Below are positions 1 to 10,717 of a DNA stretch of 64,000 bases, piece by piece. The stretch lies in NCBI GenBank assembly GCA_965249575.1, contig OZ252244.1, forward strand, positions 768,001 to 832,000, read 5' to 3'. How positions within the stretch are numbered: the stretch's first letter is position 1; every line of letters starts with the position of its first letter. The notes below the pieces were generated by a model. That model had not been told where the DNA came from and did not search any database. It saw only the letters and a list, made by a program, of their open reading frames with translations. Both the position numbers and the translations under genes were made by a program. Source of the DNA: Gemmatimonadales bacterium. Lineage in GTDB: Bacteria > Gemmatimonadota > Gemmatimonadetes > Gemmatimonadales > GWC2-71-9.

Positions 1-306
1 TACCTCAAATGGGATCACCCGCATGACGATCATGAAGGACGAGCGCTGTCTCAGAATGTTCACACGAAACCGCCCGACTCCCGGCGCGCCCCAAGAGCAG
101 TCATAGTCTCGGATTTGATCGATGCGTTTGCGATCCTGCTCCGTGGGAATGAGGCGCAGCGCAATCGACTTTGTCTGATCGGGCGTCAATCGCTGTTTGG
201 TGAGTGGCTGCAACGTGCCGTCGATACGCGCCCGGAACACGTCTCCGGCCTTGATATGCAGGTCGGATGCTCCACGTTCCACCGCAGCCTTGAGAATCTT
301 GTCCAT
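1..306 (-). CDS. pilT: Type IV pilus retraction ATPase PilT/PilU family, 5' part (runs off the window edge)
   Basis: Not in the ORF track. Manual translation from the ATG at 306 gives MDKILKAAVERGASDLHIKAGDVFRARIDG...GRFRVNILRQRSSFMIVMRVIPFEV, with the ASDLH and RFRVN N-terminal motifs of PilT. Confidence 0.85.
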   Translation of the reverse strand, partial: MDKILKAAVERGASDLHIKAGDVFRARIDGTLQPLTKQRLTPDQTKSIALRLIPTEQDRKRIDQIRDYDCSWGAPGVGRFRVNILRQRSSFMIVMRVIPFEV

Positions 307-428
307 CATTGGTCGGTTTGCACCCTCTTCGGAGGTCCGCGACGGTCCGCCGCTGCAGTGTTCCATGCCCAATCGCCACGGGCCAGACACACTGCGGCCG
401 GCCGCCCGGGGATCGTGATGCACTCCAT
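306..428 (-). CDS. Possible 40-aa micro-protein between trpS and pilT
   Basis: Its ATG overlaps the trpS stop (TGATG) and its stop overlaps the pilT start, with GGAGG upstream. Translation: MECITIPGRPAAVCLARGDWAWNTAAADRRGPPKRVQTDQ. Confidence 0.35.
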   Translation of the reverse strand: MECITIPGRPAAVCLARGDWAWNTAAADRRGPPKRVQTDQ

Positions 429-1432
429 CACCGATGGGCCTCCACCGCCCCGCCGACCGGCATCAATCCTAGGCGCTCCCTGACGCCCCGCATCGTCTCG
501 GCTGCCACGGCGCGGGCTCGGTCCGCCCCACCAGCCAGGATCTCGCCCACGCCTTCGGGGCGGGCTTTCAGGTCCGCGGCCCTCGCCCGCATGGGCGCGA
601 ACGTCTCCGCCATGTTCCGGGCCAAAACGCGCTTGCAGTCGAGGCACCCCCACCCGGCCGAGCGGCACTTATCGGCAACCTCCGCTACCGTCTCCGCCGG
701 GGAGAAATGCTGGTGCAGCGTGTACAGATTGCATTTCTCCGGATCCCCCGGGTCGGACCGCGTTACGCGCGCGGGATCGGTCTTGGCTGGGCGTAGGCGC
801 TCCCAGATCCGATCCGGTTCCTCGAGGATCCCCACCGTGTTTCCCAGACTCTTCGACATCTTGGCGCCGCCGTCCAACCCCAAGATGCGGCGCGCCTGGC
901 CAACCCGAGCCTCGGGCTCGGGGAAGAACCCCGCCCCATAGCGAGCGTTCCACTTTCGGGCGATCTCGCGCATGAGTTCCACGTGCTGCAACTGATCTTC
1001 ACCGACGGGAACGGTATCGGCTTTGTAGAGCAGCACGTCGGCGGCCTGCAGGACCGGGTAACTGAGCAGACCCGACAGCACGCTTTCCTGGCGTTGGGCC
1101 TTGTCCTTAAATTGCGTCATCCGCTCCAGCTCCCCCAGCGGAGTAACCGTCAGGAACACCCAGCACAGCTCGGTATGCTCGGGCACGTGCGATTGCACGA
1201 AGAGGACGCACTTCTCCGGATCGATGCCGGCCGCCAAAAGCCCGACCGCCATCTCGAGCGTTCGCGACTCGAGCATCGATGCGTCGTAATCCTGCGTGAT
1301 CGCGTGGTAGTCCACGATGCAGATAAAACACTCGTGCTGATGCTGAAGCTCGACCCAATTGCGGACCGCGCCGAGGTAGTTCCCGATATGCAGCTCGCCG
1401 GAAGGCTGGATCCCCGAAAAAATGCGCGACAT
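428..1432 (-). CDS. trpS: Tryptophan--tRNA ligase
   Basis: SGIQPSGELHIGNY (HIGH-type) and KMSKS motifs, plus VPVGEDQ. Confidence 0.97.
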   Translation of the reverse strand: MSRIFSGIQPSGELHIGNYLGAVRNWVELQHQHECFICIVDYHAITQDYDASMLESRTLEMAVGLLAAGIDPEKCVLFVQSHVPEHTELCWVFLTVTPLGELERMTQFKDKAQRQESVLSGLLSYPVLQAADVLLYKADTVPVGEDQLQHVELMREIARKWNARYGAGFFPEPEARVGQARRILGLDGGAKMSKSLGNTVGILEEPDRIWERLRPAKTDPARVTRSDPGDPEKCNLYTLHQHFSPAETVAEVADKCRSAGWGCLDCKRVLARNMAETFAPMRARAADLKARPEGVGEILAGGADRARAVAAETMRGVRERLGLMPVGGAVEAHR

Positions 1433-1468
1433 GGACTCAAGCTAGAAGCTCACTGAGGGGGCCGCAAG

Positions 1469-2263
1469 GTGCTACCAAATCATGACTTACTGGAACTTGC
1501 CGCCACGGCGGCGGACCGTGCGGCCCGCTACATACGGAGCGTCCCGCGACCCCGGGATCCCGAGGGGTGGCAGCGAAAGGGATTCAGTGATTTCGTGACC
1601 GAAGTTGATCGGGAAGCCGAGCGCCTGGTCACGGAGACGCTCCTGAGCGGGGCCCCGGAGTCGGTGATCCAGGGCGAGGAACTGAGTCCGGACCAGGACC
1701 AATCTGCGGACCTGCTGTGGATTGTCGATCCGTTGGACGGGACCACGAATTACCTGCACGGGTATCCAGCGTATGCCGTGAGCATCGCCGCGATGACCGG
1801 GGGACGGCTCGCCGCCGGCATCGTGGTCGACGTCCCGCACGGCATTACGTACCGGGCCACCGCTGGCGGGGGTTCCTGGCGCAACGGGGATCGCATTGCG
1901 GTCTCTCGTCTCTCAGATCCCGCCGACGCGTTGATTGGCACTGGATTCCCCTTTAAAACGCCGGAGGTACTCCCGCAGTACCTCCGGCAGTTTACCGCGC
2001 TGCTCCGGGTCACCGGTGGCGTGCGCCGGGGGGGGTCGGCGGCCCTGGATCTCATCGACGTCGCCCTCGGACGGCTAGACGGGTTCTGGGAGCTGCACTT
2101 GGCACCGTGGGACGTCGCCGCCGGTACGCTGATCGTTCGTGAGGCCGGCGGCGTCGTGACAAACACGGAAGGTTCGGAGGACGTCGTGACACACGGTCCG
2201 ATCGTCGCCGGAAACGGCACCCTACAGGCCTGGCTGCTCGAGACACTGCGACGACCACTGTGA
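1469..2263 (+). CDS. suhB: Inositol monophosphatase family protein (SuhB)
   Basis: WIVDPLDGTTNY, GSAALDL and WDVAAG motifs. Confidence 0.92.
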   Translation: MLPNHDLLELAATAADRAARYIRSVPRPRDPEGWQRKGFSDFVTEVDREAERLVTETLLSGAPESVIQGEELSPDQDQSADLLWIVDPLDGTTNYLHGYPAYAVSIAAMTGGRLAAGIVVDVPHGITYRATAGGGSWRNGDRIAVSRLSDPADALIGTGFPFKTPEVLPQYLRQFTALLRVTGGVRRGGSAALDLIDVALGRLDGFWELHLAPWDVAAGTLIVREAGGVVTNTEGSEDVVTHGPIVAGNGTLQAWLLETLRRPL

Positions 2264-3590
2264 CCGCCCTCGTCGAGTGCGTACCGAATTTCAGCGAGGG
2301 TCGGGACGGCGACGTGCTCACCGCGCTCAGCGCAACCATCCGGGGTGTGCAGGGCGTGCACCTGCTGGACGTTCACGCCGACCACTGGCATCACCGATCG
2401 GTGTTCACATTCGTGGGACCACCCGACGCTGTCCTCGAGGCCGCGTTCCGGGCGGCTCGCACCGCCACCGACCGGATCGATCTCTCCACGCATGAAGGGG
2501 TGCACCCCCGAATCGGGGCCACCGACGTCGTCCCATTCGTCCCGCTCGAGGGCGCAGCGATGGATCAGTGCGTTTCGCTCGCGACCCGGCTGGCCGAACG
2601 TATCGGCTCGGAGCTGCAGATTCCCGCGTTTCTTTACGGGCGGGCTGCCTCCCGGCCGGAGCGGGAGACGCTCGCCCCGATGCGGCGCGGCGGGATCACC
2701 GGGCTCGAGAAGCGGATGCGGTCCGACCCTGCAATGGCGCCAGATAGCGGGCCCGGCCAGCTGCATCCCACGGCTGGGGCGATTGCGGTCGGCGCCCGGG
2801 ACGTCCTGGTGGCATTCAACGTCAATCTCGAGACCGACGATGTCGATACCGCCGAGCGTATCGCGCGCGAGATCCGAGCCTCGTCAGGCGGGATGCCGCA
2901 CGTGCAAGCCCGAGGCCTGCTCGTTGCCGGGCGGGCGCAGGTTTCCATGAATCTGCTGAACATCGACGTCACGCCTCCGGCCGCGGTACTCGAGGCAATT
3001 GCCTCCAGGGCTGCCGAGCAGGGAACCGGTGTCGCGAACAGCGAAGTCGTCGGACTGATTCCCGAGCGAGGGATTCTGCAAGCCGGGATCTCCTCCCTCG
3101 AGCTGTCCGCGTCAACCGAACGACTCCTGCTCGAACGCCGCGTGCGGCAAGCGGTCTGCGGGGATTTAGATCCCTGGATCACACGGTTGGCGGCTGGATC
3201 CCCGCTCCCAGGCGGAGGCGCGGCCGCCGCGATGGCCGGCACGCTGGCCGCCGCGTTGGCGGGAATGGTGAGCCGGCTGGCGATGCGCCGCCTTGTCTCA
3301 CCTGGTTCATCGGGAACGGAGCATGACGAGCTGGCTGCCCGCGCTGACAAGCTGCGACAGTCGTTGTACGCGCAGGCAGAAGCCGACGAGCAGACCTACC
3401 GCCGGTTTCTAGCCCTCGGGGAAAGGAGGGGGGCCGAGGCCGAGGCGCCGTCGAGGTCAACGTGGCGTTGATGAGCCGTCCTGAAGCGGGCGCGAAATGG
3501 CGGGAGGAGGCGAGACGCCTGGCCGCTCAGACCGACGAGGCAGCCGCGGCGGCGGTCCGTGCGGCGATTAGACCCGGGCTGGAGCCGTAA
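2260..3590 (+). pseudogene. ftcD: Glutamate formimidoyltransferase/cyclodeaminase (FTCD) with a disrupted cyclodeaminase domain
   Basis: LVECVPNFSEGR and GVHPRIGATDVVPFVP identify the transferase domain, and PGGGAAAA starts the cyclodeaminase domain. The ORF stops at 3471, but another frame carries the expected tail AVEVNVALMS...GLEP* ending at 3590. The lesion is near 3415-3445. Confidence 0.75.
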
Positions 3591-4338
3591 CCGCCGTTAG
3601 AATCCGCGGACCATCTGGCTCGATGGCTACCGTGTGTTCGAAGTGGGCGGACAATGAGCCGTCAACGGTAACCACCGTCCAGCGGTCATTGAGGGTGCGG
3701 ATGTCGGGCCGGCCGGCGTTGATCATCGGCTCGATCGCGATCGTCATGCCGATCACGAGCCGGGGACCGCGCTTCGGCTTCCCGTAATTCGGAATCTGCG
3801 GTTCCTCGTGGAAGCTGGTCCCGATCCCGTGACCTACGAGCTCGCGCACAACGCTGTAGCCAGCGTCCTCGGCGGTGTGTTGGACGGCGTGCCCGATGTC
3901 GCCCACGTGGTTTCCGACGACCGCGACGCGAACACCAGCATCGAGGGCCTTCCGGGTCACGCTGAGCAGTCGTTCCGTACTGTTACTCAATTCGCCTACG
4001 CCGATCGTCGTTGCCGAGTCCGCATGGAGCCCGTCAACGCACACACCGCAATCCACACTGATGATGTCTCCGTCGCGAAGGACGCGGGAATCCGATGGAA
4101 TCCCGTGAACGATCTCCTCATTGATCGACGTGCAGAGGGAGGCCGGGAATTCGTAGAGTCCCTTGAACGATGGGCGCGCACCCGGGTGGCTCCGGATGAA
4201 CTCTTCCGCGAGCTCGTCCAGGTCACCGGTGCTCATTCCCGGCTGTGCTCGAGAAGCGGCGAGAGCGAGCGTGTCCGCAACGATCCGCCCAGCTTCGGCC
4301 ATCGTCTCGATCTCGCGCGCCGACTTGATCGTAATCAC
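3568..4338 (-). CDS. map: Methionine aminopeptidase type I
   Basis: CTSINEEIVHGIP, GHGIG..HEEP and SAHFEHT motifs; follows adk. Confidence 0.97.
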   Translation of the reverse strand: MITIKSAREIETMAEAGRIVADTLALAASRAQPGMSTGDLDELAEEFIRSHPGARPSFKGLYEFPASLCTSINEEIVHGIPSDSRVLRDGDIISVDCGVCVDGLHADSATTIGVGELSNSTERLLSVTRKALDAGVRVAVVGNHVGDIGHAVQHTAEDAGYSVVRELVGHGIGTSFHEEPQIPNYGKPKRGPRLVIGMTIAIEPMINAGRPDIRTLNDRWTVVTVDGSLSAHFEHTVAIEPDGPRILTAVTAPARV

Positions 4339-4898
4339 GTCTCCAAAACTCCAGCTACACGTTGTGCGACTTCCTCGATCGTACCCGTCGCGGGGACTTC
4401 CAGCAGCAGATCCCGTTTCTGGTAGAACTCGATCAGTGGCTGCGTTTGTTCCCTGTAGACCGCCAGTCGCTTTTGAAACGCCGCCGGCGTGTCATCCGCC
4501 CGGCCTTCGGCCCTGGCGCGCCCCTTCATGCGGTCGAGTAGCTCTGAATCCGGCACTTCCAGGCTGACCACGAAATCGACCCGTTTGTCCCGCTCACCCA
4601 GCAACCGCCCCACGGCCTCTGCCTGAGCGATCGTGCGGGGAAACCCGTCCATGATGATCCCATCCTGGGCCTGCTGAGACGCGAGCACCTCTTCGATCAA
4701 ACCCAGAATCACGTCGTCGGGGACGAGTAGTCCTTTCTCCATGAACGACTTGGCCCGCTTCCCAAGGGGCGTCCCATCGGCCACGGCGGCCCTCAACAGA
4801 TCTCCCGTTGAGACTCGGGGGGAGCCAGTGCCCTTTGCAAGAATAGCGCCCTGTGTGCCCTTTCCGGAACCCGGCGGGCCAAGCAATACGACGTTCAC
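4335..4898 (-). CDS. adk: Adenylate kinase (short-LID type)
   Basis: GPPGSGKGTQ, STGDLLR and MDGFPRT motifs; short GRADD lid. Confidence 0.96.
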   Translation of the reverse strand: MNVVLLGPPGSGKGTQGAILAKGTGSPRVSTGDLLRAAVADGTPLGKRAKSFMEKGLLVPDDVILGLIEEVLASQQAQDGIIMDGFPRTIAQAEAVGRLLGERDKRVDFVVSLEVPDSELLDRMKGRARAEGRADDTPAAFQKRLAVYREQTQPLIEFYQKRDLLLEVPATGTIEEVAQRVAGVLET

Positions 4899-4933
4899 GA
4901 GCGAGAAAAGCAGGACCGGTATACCTGCATGGA

Positions 4934-6250
4934 CTACATGTACCGCTTGCGCCCGCGGAACTTGATGCGGCCACGCTTCATGAAGTCGTCGTAGTGCCGC
5001 AGGTGCAGGTGCTGCTGCACCTGGACGACCGTATCGAGCCCAACACCCACGACGATCAGAAGAGCGGTGCCTCCGAAGAAGAACGGGACATTGAACGCGT
5101 TCAGCACGAAGAATGGCAGCAGCGCGACAATACAGAGAAACACCGAGCCCGGCAGGGTAACGCGCGTGAGCACTTCGTCGATGTAGTCGGCCGTCGCCGC
5201 TCCTGGTTTGACCCCCGGGATGAACCCGCCCTGTTTCTTCAGGTTCTCCGCCAAATCGACTGGATTGAAGATGATCGACGTGTAGAAATACGTGAAAAAG
5301 ATGACGAGGATCGCGTAGCTCACGTAGTACGCCGTCGTGCCGGGCCCGAACGCGTCAGCGAGGGCGCGCAGGTAGGGAACGTTGCTGAAGGTCGCGAGCG
5401 TTCCCGGAACGATGATGATCGATTGTGCGAAGATGATGGGCATCACCCCGGCCGAATTGATTCGAATCGGAATGAAGGTCTTTTGGCCCTCCCTGATGCG
5501 GCCTCGACCCATAACCTTCCGCGGAATCTGAATAGGGATCCGGCGGGAGGCGACGGTGATGGCGATCACCCCACCCACGACGCCGATCATTACCGCCAGC
5601 AAGACGATCAAGCGAAACGTGTCGATCACGCCGGTTTGCAGGAAGGCGATCGTCTGGAACAGCCCTGGTAGCATGCCCTCCATGATCGAAAAGAAAATGA
5701 GGAGACTCATGCCGTTCCCAATCCCGCGTTCGGTGATCTGCTCGCCAAGCCACATGACGAACACGGCACCCGTCGTGAGGGTTAGGATCGTCGTCAGTCG
5801 GAACCCCCATCCGGGAATCGAGACGGCGCCCTGAAGCGATTCCGTGAAGATCGCGAATCCGTAGGCCTGGAAGAGCGAGAGGACCACCGTGGTATAGCGG
5901 GTCCATTGCGTGATTTTCTTTCTCCCCTCCTCTTCCTTCTGCAGCTTGTCGATGTACGGGAATACGGCACCCGCAAGCTGGAACATGATCGATGCTGAGA
6001 TATACGGCATGATCCCCAGCGCCAGGACGGTTGCACGAGAAAGACCGCCCCCAACGAAGAGATCGTAGACACCGAAAAGAGTCTGCGAGCCCTGATTGCG
6101 AACGAAATCGGCGAGCACCTGCACATTGACGCCCGGCGTGGCGATATGGGCCCCACCCCGATAGACTGCCAGACACATCAGGGTGAAGAGCAGCTTGCCT
6201 TTCAGTTCCGGAGGGAATCGGAGCAGGTTGTTCAAACGTGGCGCGGTCAT
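4934..6250 (-). CDS. secY: Preprotein translocase SecY
   Basis: ALGIMPYISASI, WLGEQITERGIGNGMSL and FIPGVKPG motifs. Confidence 0.98.
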   Translation of the reverse strand: MTAPRLNNLLRFPPELKGKLLFTLMCLAVYRGGAHIATPGVNVQVLADFVRNQGSQTLFGVYDLFVGGGLSRATVLALGIMPYISASIMFQLAGAVFPYIDKLQKEEEGRKKITQWTRYTTVVLSLFQAYGFAIFTESLQGAVSIPGWGFRLTTILTLTTGAVFVMWLGEQITERGIGNGMSLLIFFSIMEGMLPGLFQTIAFLQTGVIDTFRLIVLLAVMIGVVGGVIAITVASRRIPIQIPRKVMGRGRIREGQKTFIPIRINSAGVMPIIFAQSIIIVPGTLATFSNVPYLRALADAFGPGTTAYYVSYAILVIFFTYFYTSIIFNPVDLAENLKKQGGFIPGVKPGAATADYIDEVLTRVTLPGSVFLCIVALLPFFVLNAFNVPFFFGGTALLIVVGVGLDTVVQVQQHLHLRHYDDFMKRGRIKFRGRKRYM

Positions 6251-6253
6251 CCG

Positions 6254-6706
6254 CTAGTCCTCGATGCGGCCACCGGCTCGTTCGATCTTGGTGCGAGCGC
6301 TCGCCGACAGTGAGCAGCCGCGAACGACATACGCCTTGTCCACGTCACCCACCGCGAGGATCTTGACCGGACGTGTCGCATGGCTCACGAGCCCCCGCGA
6401 CAGCAGCTCGGCCGGCGCCACGTCCGCTCCGGGCAGTTTCGCGAGATCCCGAAGGTTCACGACCTGCGCGGGGACCCGCGCCGGATTGGTGAACCCGCGC
6501 TTCGGGACACGCCGGCTGAGGGGCATCTGGCCACCCTCGAATCCTCGACGGACGTTCCCGCTCTTCCGCGATCCCTGTCCCTTGTGCCCGCGACCCCCAG
6601 TCTTCCCGAGGCCGGAACCCGGACCACGTCCTTTCCGCTTTCCGGCTGTCGTGGCCTTCGGCGGTGCCTTGAGGTTGTGGAGCCCGAGGCTCGGCTGGTT
6701 TGCCAC
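6254..6706 (-). CDS. rplO: 50S ribosomal protein L15
   Basis: [19 protein letters not shown] and FEGGQMPL. Confidence 0.97.
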   Translation of the reverse strand: MANQPSLGLHNLKAPPKATTAGKRKGRGPGSGLGKTGGRGHKGQGSRKSGNVRRGFEGGQMPLSRRVPKRGFTNPARVPAQVVNLRDLAKLPGADVAPAELLSRGLVSHATRPVKILAVGDVDKAYVVRGCSLSASARTKIERAGGRIED

Positions 6707-6969
6707 TACGCCTCCTCGGTGGTGACGCGGACGAGATGCCGGACCTTGTCGATCATGCCCCGAACCGATGGGTTGTCTACCACGGTAATCTCATCTTGAT
6801 GATGGCGTAGTCCCAGCGCCCGCAGGGTACGCCGGTACGTCGCCGCGTGACCGATTCCCGAGCGAATCTGCCGTACGCGCAGGCGGGCGGCGCTACTGGC
6901 CTTCTTAGTCGCGCGCTTGCGCGGTTTGCGGGCGGCCGCCCCAGCATCAGGTTTCGTCTGCTTGGGCAA
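6706..6969 (-). CDS. rpmD: 50S ribosomal protein L30 with a basic N-terminal extension
   Basis: Core [11 protein letters not shown]...TLRALGLR...[12 protein letters not shown]. Start placed at the TTG at 6969, 6 nt after AGGAGG. Confidence 0.9.
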   Translation of the reverse strand: MPKQTKPDAGAAARKPRKRATKKASSAARLRVRQIRSGIGHAATYRRTLRALGLRHHQDEITVVDNPSVRGMIDKVRHLVRVTTEEA

Positions 6970-7513
6970 TACGGGCCTCCTGACGCGACCGGTAGTCGAT
7001 CTCACCGGGGTCGATTCCCCGTTCACGCGCGAGCTGGTCGGCAGTCACCAGGCGAGTCAGCCCGTCGACGACCGCGCGTACCATGTTGTTCGGGTTGGGT
7101 GAGCCAAGCGACTTGGTCAGAATATCGCTAATGCCCGCGCACTCGAGAACGGCCCGGACCGGACCGCCGGCAATCACCCCAGTCCCGGAGCTGGCCGGCT
7201 TGAGCAGCACCCGGCCGGCGCCATGGGTACCGATGATCTCGTGGGGGACGGTCGTCCCCTCGCGCGGCACGGCCACCATGCCCTTCCGGGCGGCCTCGAC
7301 CGCTTTGCGCACAGCCTCGGACACTTCGTTCGCCTTCCCCGTCGCGACACCGACCTGCCCACTACCGTCACCAACTGCCACGAGCGCATTGAACGAAAAA
7401 CGCCGCCCACCCTTGACTACTTTCGCCACGCGATTGATCGCAATGACGTTCTCCACCAAGTCTGAATCACGATCGCGGCGATCCCGCCGCGGTCCCCGAT
7501 CTCGATCCGCCAT
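6947..7513 (-). CDS. rpsE: 30S ribosomal protein S5
   Basis: [25 protein letters not shown] and GTGVIAGG. Confidence 0.97.
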   Translation of the reverse strand: MADRDRGPRRDRRDRDSDLVENVIAINRVAKVVKGGRRFSFNALVAVGDGSGQVGVATGKANEVSEAVRKAVEAARKGMVAVPREGTTVPHEIIGTHGAGRVLLKPASSGTGVIAGGPVRAVLECAGISDILTKSLGSPNPNNMVRAVVDGLTRLVTADQLARERGIDPGEIDYRSRQEARIAQADET

Positions 7514-7516
7514 CCG

Positions 7517-7888
7517 TTAGAACTCCAATCCGCCGTCGCGCGCGCCCTCGGCAACCGCGCGCACTCGACCATGGTAGGGGTAGCCGGCCCGGTCGAAGAC
7601 GACCCGCTTGATCCCGCGCTCCTGCGCCTTTGAGGCGACTAGCTTCCCCACGGCAAAGCTCACCCCCACCTTGCCCGGCTTCTCTTTCGAAAGTCCATCC
7701 GACAAATCACTGACCCCGACCAGGGTGCGACCTTCATCATCGTCGACGACCTGTGCATAGACGTGCCGCAGCGAGCGGTAGACCGCCAGCCGGGGCCGAT
7801 CAGCGGTACCACCCACCTTCTTCCGCACACGCCGGTGCCGGCGCGCTCGCCGCTGTCGGCGTGTTTTTGGCTTGTGGACGCTCCTCAT
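7517..7888 (-). CDS. rplR: 50S ribosomal protein L18
   Basis: RPRLAVYRS and [14 protein letters not shown]. Confidence 0.97.
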   Translation of the reverse strand: MRSVHKPKTRRQRRARRHRRVRKKVGGTADRPRLAVYRSLRHVYAQVVDDDEGRTLVGVSDLSDGLSKEKPGKVGVSFAVGKLVASKAQERGIKRVVFDRAGYPYHGRVRAVAEGARDGGLEF

Positions 7889-8427
7889 GCCTTTGCTCCC
7901 GTCTTTCCGGCCTTCCGCCGGACCTGCTCACCCTGGTACCGGATACCCTTCCCCTTGTACGGCTCAGGTGGCCTCACCCGCCGAATCTCGGCGGCTACGT
8001 GTCCGACCAGCTGCTTGTCCACTCCCTCGACCACGAGCTGCGTGGGGCTCTCGACTGAAATCTTGATCCCAGGCGGAGCCGGATAGTCGACGGGATGCGA
8101 GTAACCAACGACAAGCCGTATCCCTGCCCCCTTGGACTCCGCCTTGTATCCCACTCCCTGGATCTCGAGTGACTTCCGGAATCCGCTCGTGACCCCGTCG
8201 ATCATGTTCTGGACCAACGATCTGGTGAGGCCATGGAGGGCGCGGTGGCGCTTCTCTTCCGAGGGTCGCGACACCGTCACCCGGTTGTCGTCCAGCGCGA
8301 CCGTCATCTCCGGATGCAGGTCTCGCTGCAGCTCCCCCTTTGGCCCCTTGACGGTCACGTGATTCCCGTCCAGCGTGACCGACACACCGGCTGGGACGTC
8401 CACGGGCTTCTTACCGATGCGCGACAT
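7885..8427 (-). CDS. rplF: 50S ribosomal protein L6
   Basis: MSRIGKKPV start at the ATG at 8427; [11 protein letters not shown]. Confidence 0.97.
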   Translation of the reverse strand: MSRIGKKPVDVPAGVSVTLDGNHVTVKGPKGELQRDLHPEMTVALDDNRVTVSRPSEEKRHRALHGLTRSLVQNMIDGVTSGFRKSLEIQGVGYKAESKGAGIRLVVGYSHPVDYPAPPGIKISVESPTQLVVEGVDKQLVGHVAAEIRRVRPPEPYKGKGIRYQGEQVRRKAGKTGAKA

Positions 8428-8437
8428 TCGCCCCTCC

Positions 8438-8833
8438 CTACCAGAGCACGGCGAGCAACTCGCCACCGACGTGCGCCCGGCGGGCCTCCCGATCGCTCAT
8501 GACACCGCGCGGCGTAGACAGAATGGCCATGCCGAGGCCGTTCTTGATTTGGGGAATGTCACGCACCCGTACGTATCGTCGCAGGCCAGGTGCCGACACA
8601 CGCTGTAACTCCCGTATCACGAAGTTCTCCCCGTGATACTTGAGGTAGATGCGGAGCAATCCGTGTCGGCCGTCGTCCAACACCTTGTAGGCTTCGACGT
8701 AGCGGTTCTCGGCGAGGAGACGAGCAATCTCCGTTTTGAGCTTGGAGACTGGGATGTCGACTCGCCGATGCCCCGCCTGGCCGGCATTGCGAATGCGTGT
8801 CAGCATGTCTGCAACGGGATCGGTCATACTCAT
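8438..8833 (-). CDS. rpsH: 30S ribosomal protein S8
   Basis: [13 protein letters not shown] and GGELL. Confidence 0.97.
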   Translation of the reverse strand: MSMTDPVADMLTRIRNAGQAGHRRVDIPVSKLKTEIARLLAENRYVEAYKVLDDGRHGLLRIYLKYHGENFVIRELQRVSAPGLRRYVRVRDIPQIKNGLGMAILSTPRGVMSDREARRAHVGGELLAVLW

Positions 8834-8852
8834 AGCACTTCGATCCTGTCCT

Positions 8853-9038
8853 TTACCAACTGGATTTGCGGACGCCCGGAATCTCGCCGCGGAGCGCCAG
8901 GTCCCTGAAACAAATACGGCAGATTCCGAACTTCTTCAGATATCCGCGAGCGCGGCCGCATCGCTGACAACGGCTGTACTTCCGCACGCCGTATTTCGGA
9001 GTCCGCTTCGCTTTCTCGATGAGGCACCGTTTCGCCAT
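8853..9038 (-). CDS. rpsN: 30S ribosomal protein S14, zinc-binding (type Z)
   Basis: 61 aa with CQRC...CRIC and ending GVRKSSW. Confidence 0.97.
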   Translation of the reverse strand: MAKRCLIEKAKRTPKYGVRKYSRCQRCGRARGYLKKFGICRICFRDLALRGEIPGVRKSSW

Positions 9039-9050
9039 GAAAGCCCCCTA

Positions 9051-9680
9051 TCAGATCAAGACCGGCACGTCGCCGCGGAATGGCATGCCCATTTCACGCA
9101 GCAGCGCCATCGCGACGTCGTCTCGGCCTGCGGTCGTCACGAACGTGATGTCCATGCCGTGGATCTTGACGACCTTGTCATAGTCGATCTCCGGAAACAC
9201 CATCTGCTCCTTCACACCCAGCGTGTAATTCCCACGACCGTCGAAGGAGCGAGTCGGCAGACCGCGAAAGTCCCGGAACCGCGGGACCGTGATGTTAATG
9301 AATCGATCCAAAAACTCGTACATCCGGGCGCCGCGAAGAGTGACCGTCGCTCCCACCGCCATCCCTTCGCGCAGCGAGAAATTGGAAATGGCCCGCTTCG
9401 CCCGCGTGATTACCGGTCGCTGTCCCGTGATTGCGGCAAGCTCCTCGACGGCGACCTCTAACAACTTCGGGTTCTTTGGCGCCTCTCCGATGCCGACGTT
9501 GAGCACGATCTTATCCAGCTTCGGGATCTCGTGCGGATTCGAGAACCCGAATTGCTGCCCCAGCTTGTCTCGGACCGTGGCCGTGTAGTAGTCCCCGAGC
9601 CTCGGACGAGGAGGCGGCTCGGCTGGCGTCGCCGCCGCCTTCGCGTCCGTGGCCTTCGCCTTTGTCTTTGCCTTTGCCAT
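9051..9680 (-). CDS. rplE: 50S ribosomal protein L5
   Basis: PRFRDFRGL and FDGRGNYTLGVKEQ; Lys/Ala-rich N-terminal extension. Confidence 0.97.
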   Translation of the reverse strand: MAKAKTKAKATDAKAAATPAEPPPRPRLGDYYTATVRDKLGQQFGFSNPHEIPKLDKIVLNVGIGEAPKNPKLLEVAVEELAAITGQRPVITRAKRAISNFSLREGMAVGATVTLRGARMYEFLDRFINITVPRFRDFRGLPTRSFDGRGNYTLGVKEQMVFPEIDYDKVVKIHGMDITFVTTAGRDDVAMALLREMGMPFRGDVPVLI

Positions 9681-9685
9681 CCGTC

Positions 9686-10066
9686 CTACCGGTTTCTCGG
9701 AATCGGCTGGCCGGACCTCACACTCAGCCGCTCCACGGTTCCGTCTTTGTCGACCTGTCGCCGCACTCGAGTTGGATCGCCCGATTTCGGGTCCAGCAGC
9801 ATCACGTTCGAGACGTGTATCGGCGCCGCAAGCTCGACGATGCCGCCTTCATCCGTTGCGGTCGGTCGCTTGTGGCGCTTGACCACGTTCACACCCTCGA
9901 CGACAACCCGGTTCTTTTTGGGCAGCACTCGAAGAACCACGCCTTCCCGTCCGGCCGCATCCCCGCTGATCACGCGAACCTTGTCTCCCTTCGTGATGTG
10001 CATCTTGGGAGGCCGGGGATCTTTCGGCTTGATGCGCCTTCCTTTCTTATAGACGAGCGGTTTCAT
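9686..10066 (-). CDS. rplX: 50S ribosomal protein L24
   Basis: [10 protein letters not shown] (KOW) and PIHVSNV. Confidence 0.96.
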   Translation of the reverse strand: MKPLVYKKGRRIKPKDPRPPKMHITKGDKVRVISGDAAGREGVVLRVLPKKNRVVVEGVNVVKRHKRPTATDEGGIVELAAPIHVSNVMLLDPKSGDPTRVRRQVDKDGTVERLSVRSGQPIPRNR

Positions 10067-10435
10067 CTACAAAACCTCCGGCGCCAGCGAGACGATCTTC
10101 ATGAAGCGCTTTTCGCGCAACTCCCGTCCCACGGGTCCGAAGATGCGCGTCGCGCGCGGTTCGCCAGTGTCGGTGATGAGCACCGCGGCGTTCTCGTCGA
10201 ACCGGATGTAGCTGCCATCGCGCCGGCGGGTTTCCTTGGCCGTTCGCACGACAACGGCCTTGGCCACCTCGCCCTTTTTGATCTGTCCGGCCGGCAACGC
10301 GTCCTTTATCGTGACAACAACGATGTCGCCGAGGCCCGCATAGCGGCGCTTGCTTCCCCCGAGCACGCGGATGACGAGCGCCCGCCGGGCACCAGAGTTG
10401 TCGGCGATCCTGAGGATCGATTCCTGCTGCACCAT
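10067..10435 (-). CDS. rplN: 50S ribosomal protein L14
   Basis: [13 protein letters not shown] and [10 protein letters not shown]. Confidence 0.98.
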   Translation of the reverse strand: MVQQESILRIADNSGARRALVIRVLGGSKRRYAGLGDIVVVTIKDALPAGQIKKGEVAKAVVVRTAKETRRRDGSYIRFDENAAVLITDTGEPRATRIFGPVGRELREKRFMKIVSLAPEVL

Positions 10436-10450
10436 CGTCCGCTCTCCGCC

Positions 10451-10717
10451 TTATTGCGCCCGCGTGACCACTTCCACGACCCGCCAGCGTTTCGTCTTCG
10501 ATAGCGGCCGGGTCTCCATGATGCGTACGAGGTCTCCGGTTTTGGATCCTTTGTCGTCGTGCGCCTTCACACGCTTGCTCCGCGTAACCCGCTTGCCGTA
10601 GAGCGGATCGGCAAAGCGCCGAGTCAGCAACACCACGACCGTCTTGTCCATCCGGTCGCCGATGACCTTGCCCGTGCGGACCTTTCGGCCGCCGCGGGTC
10701 GCCGTCTCCGATGTCAT
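10451..10717 (-). CDS. rpsQ: 30S ribosomal protein S17
   Basis: MDKTVVV and ETRPLSKTKRW. Confidence 0.97.
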   Translation of the reverse strand: MTSETATRGGRKVRTGKVIGDRMDKTVVVLLTRRFADPLYGKRVTRSKRVKAHDDKGSKTGDLVRIMETRPLSKTKRWRVVEVVTRAQ

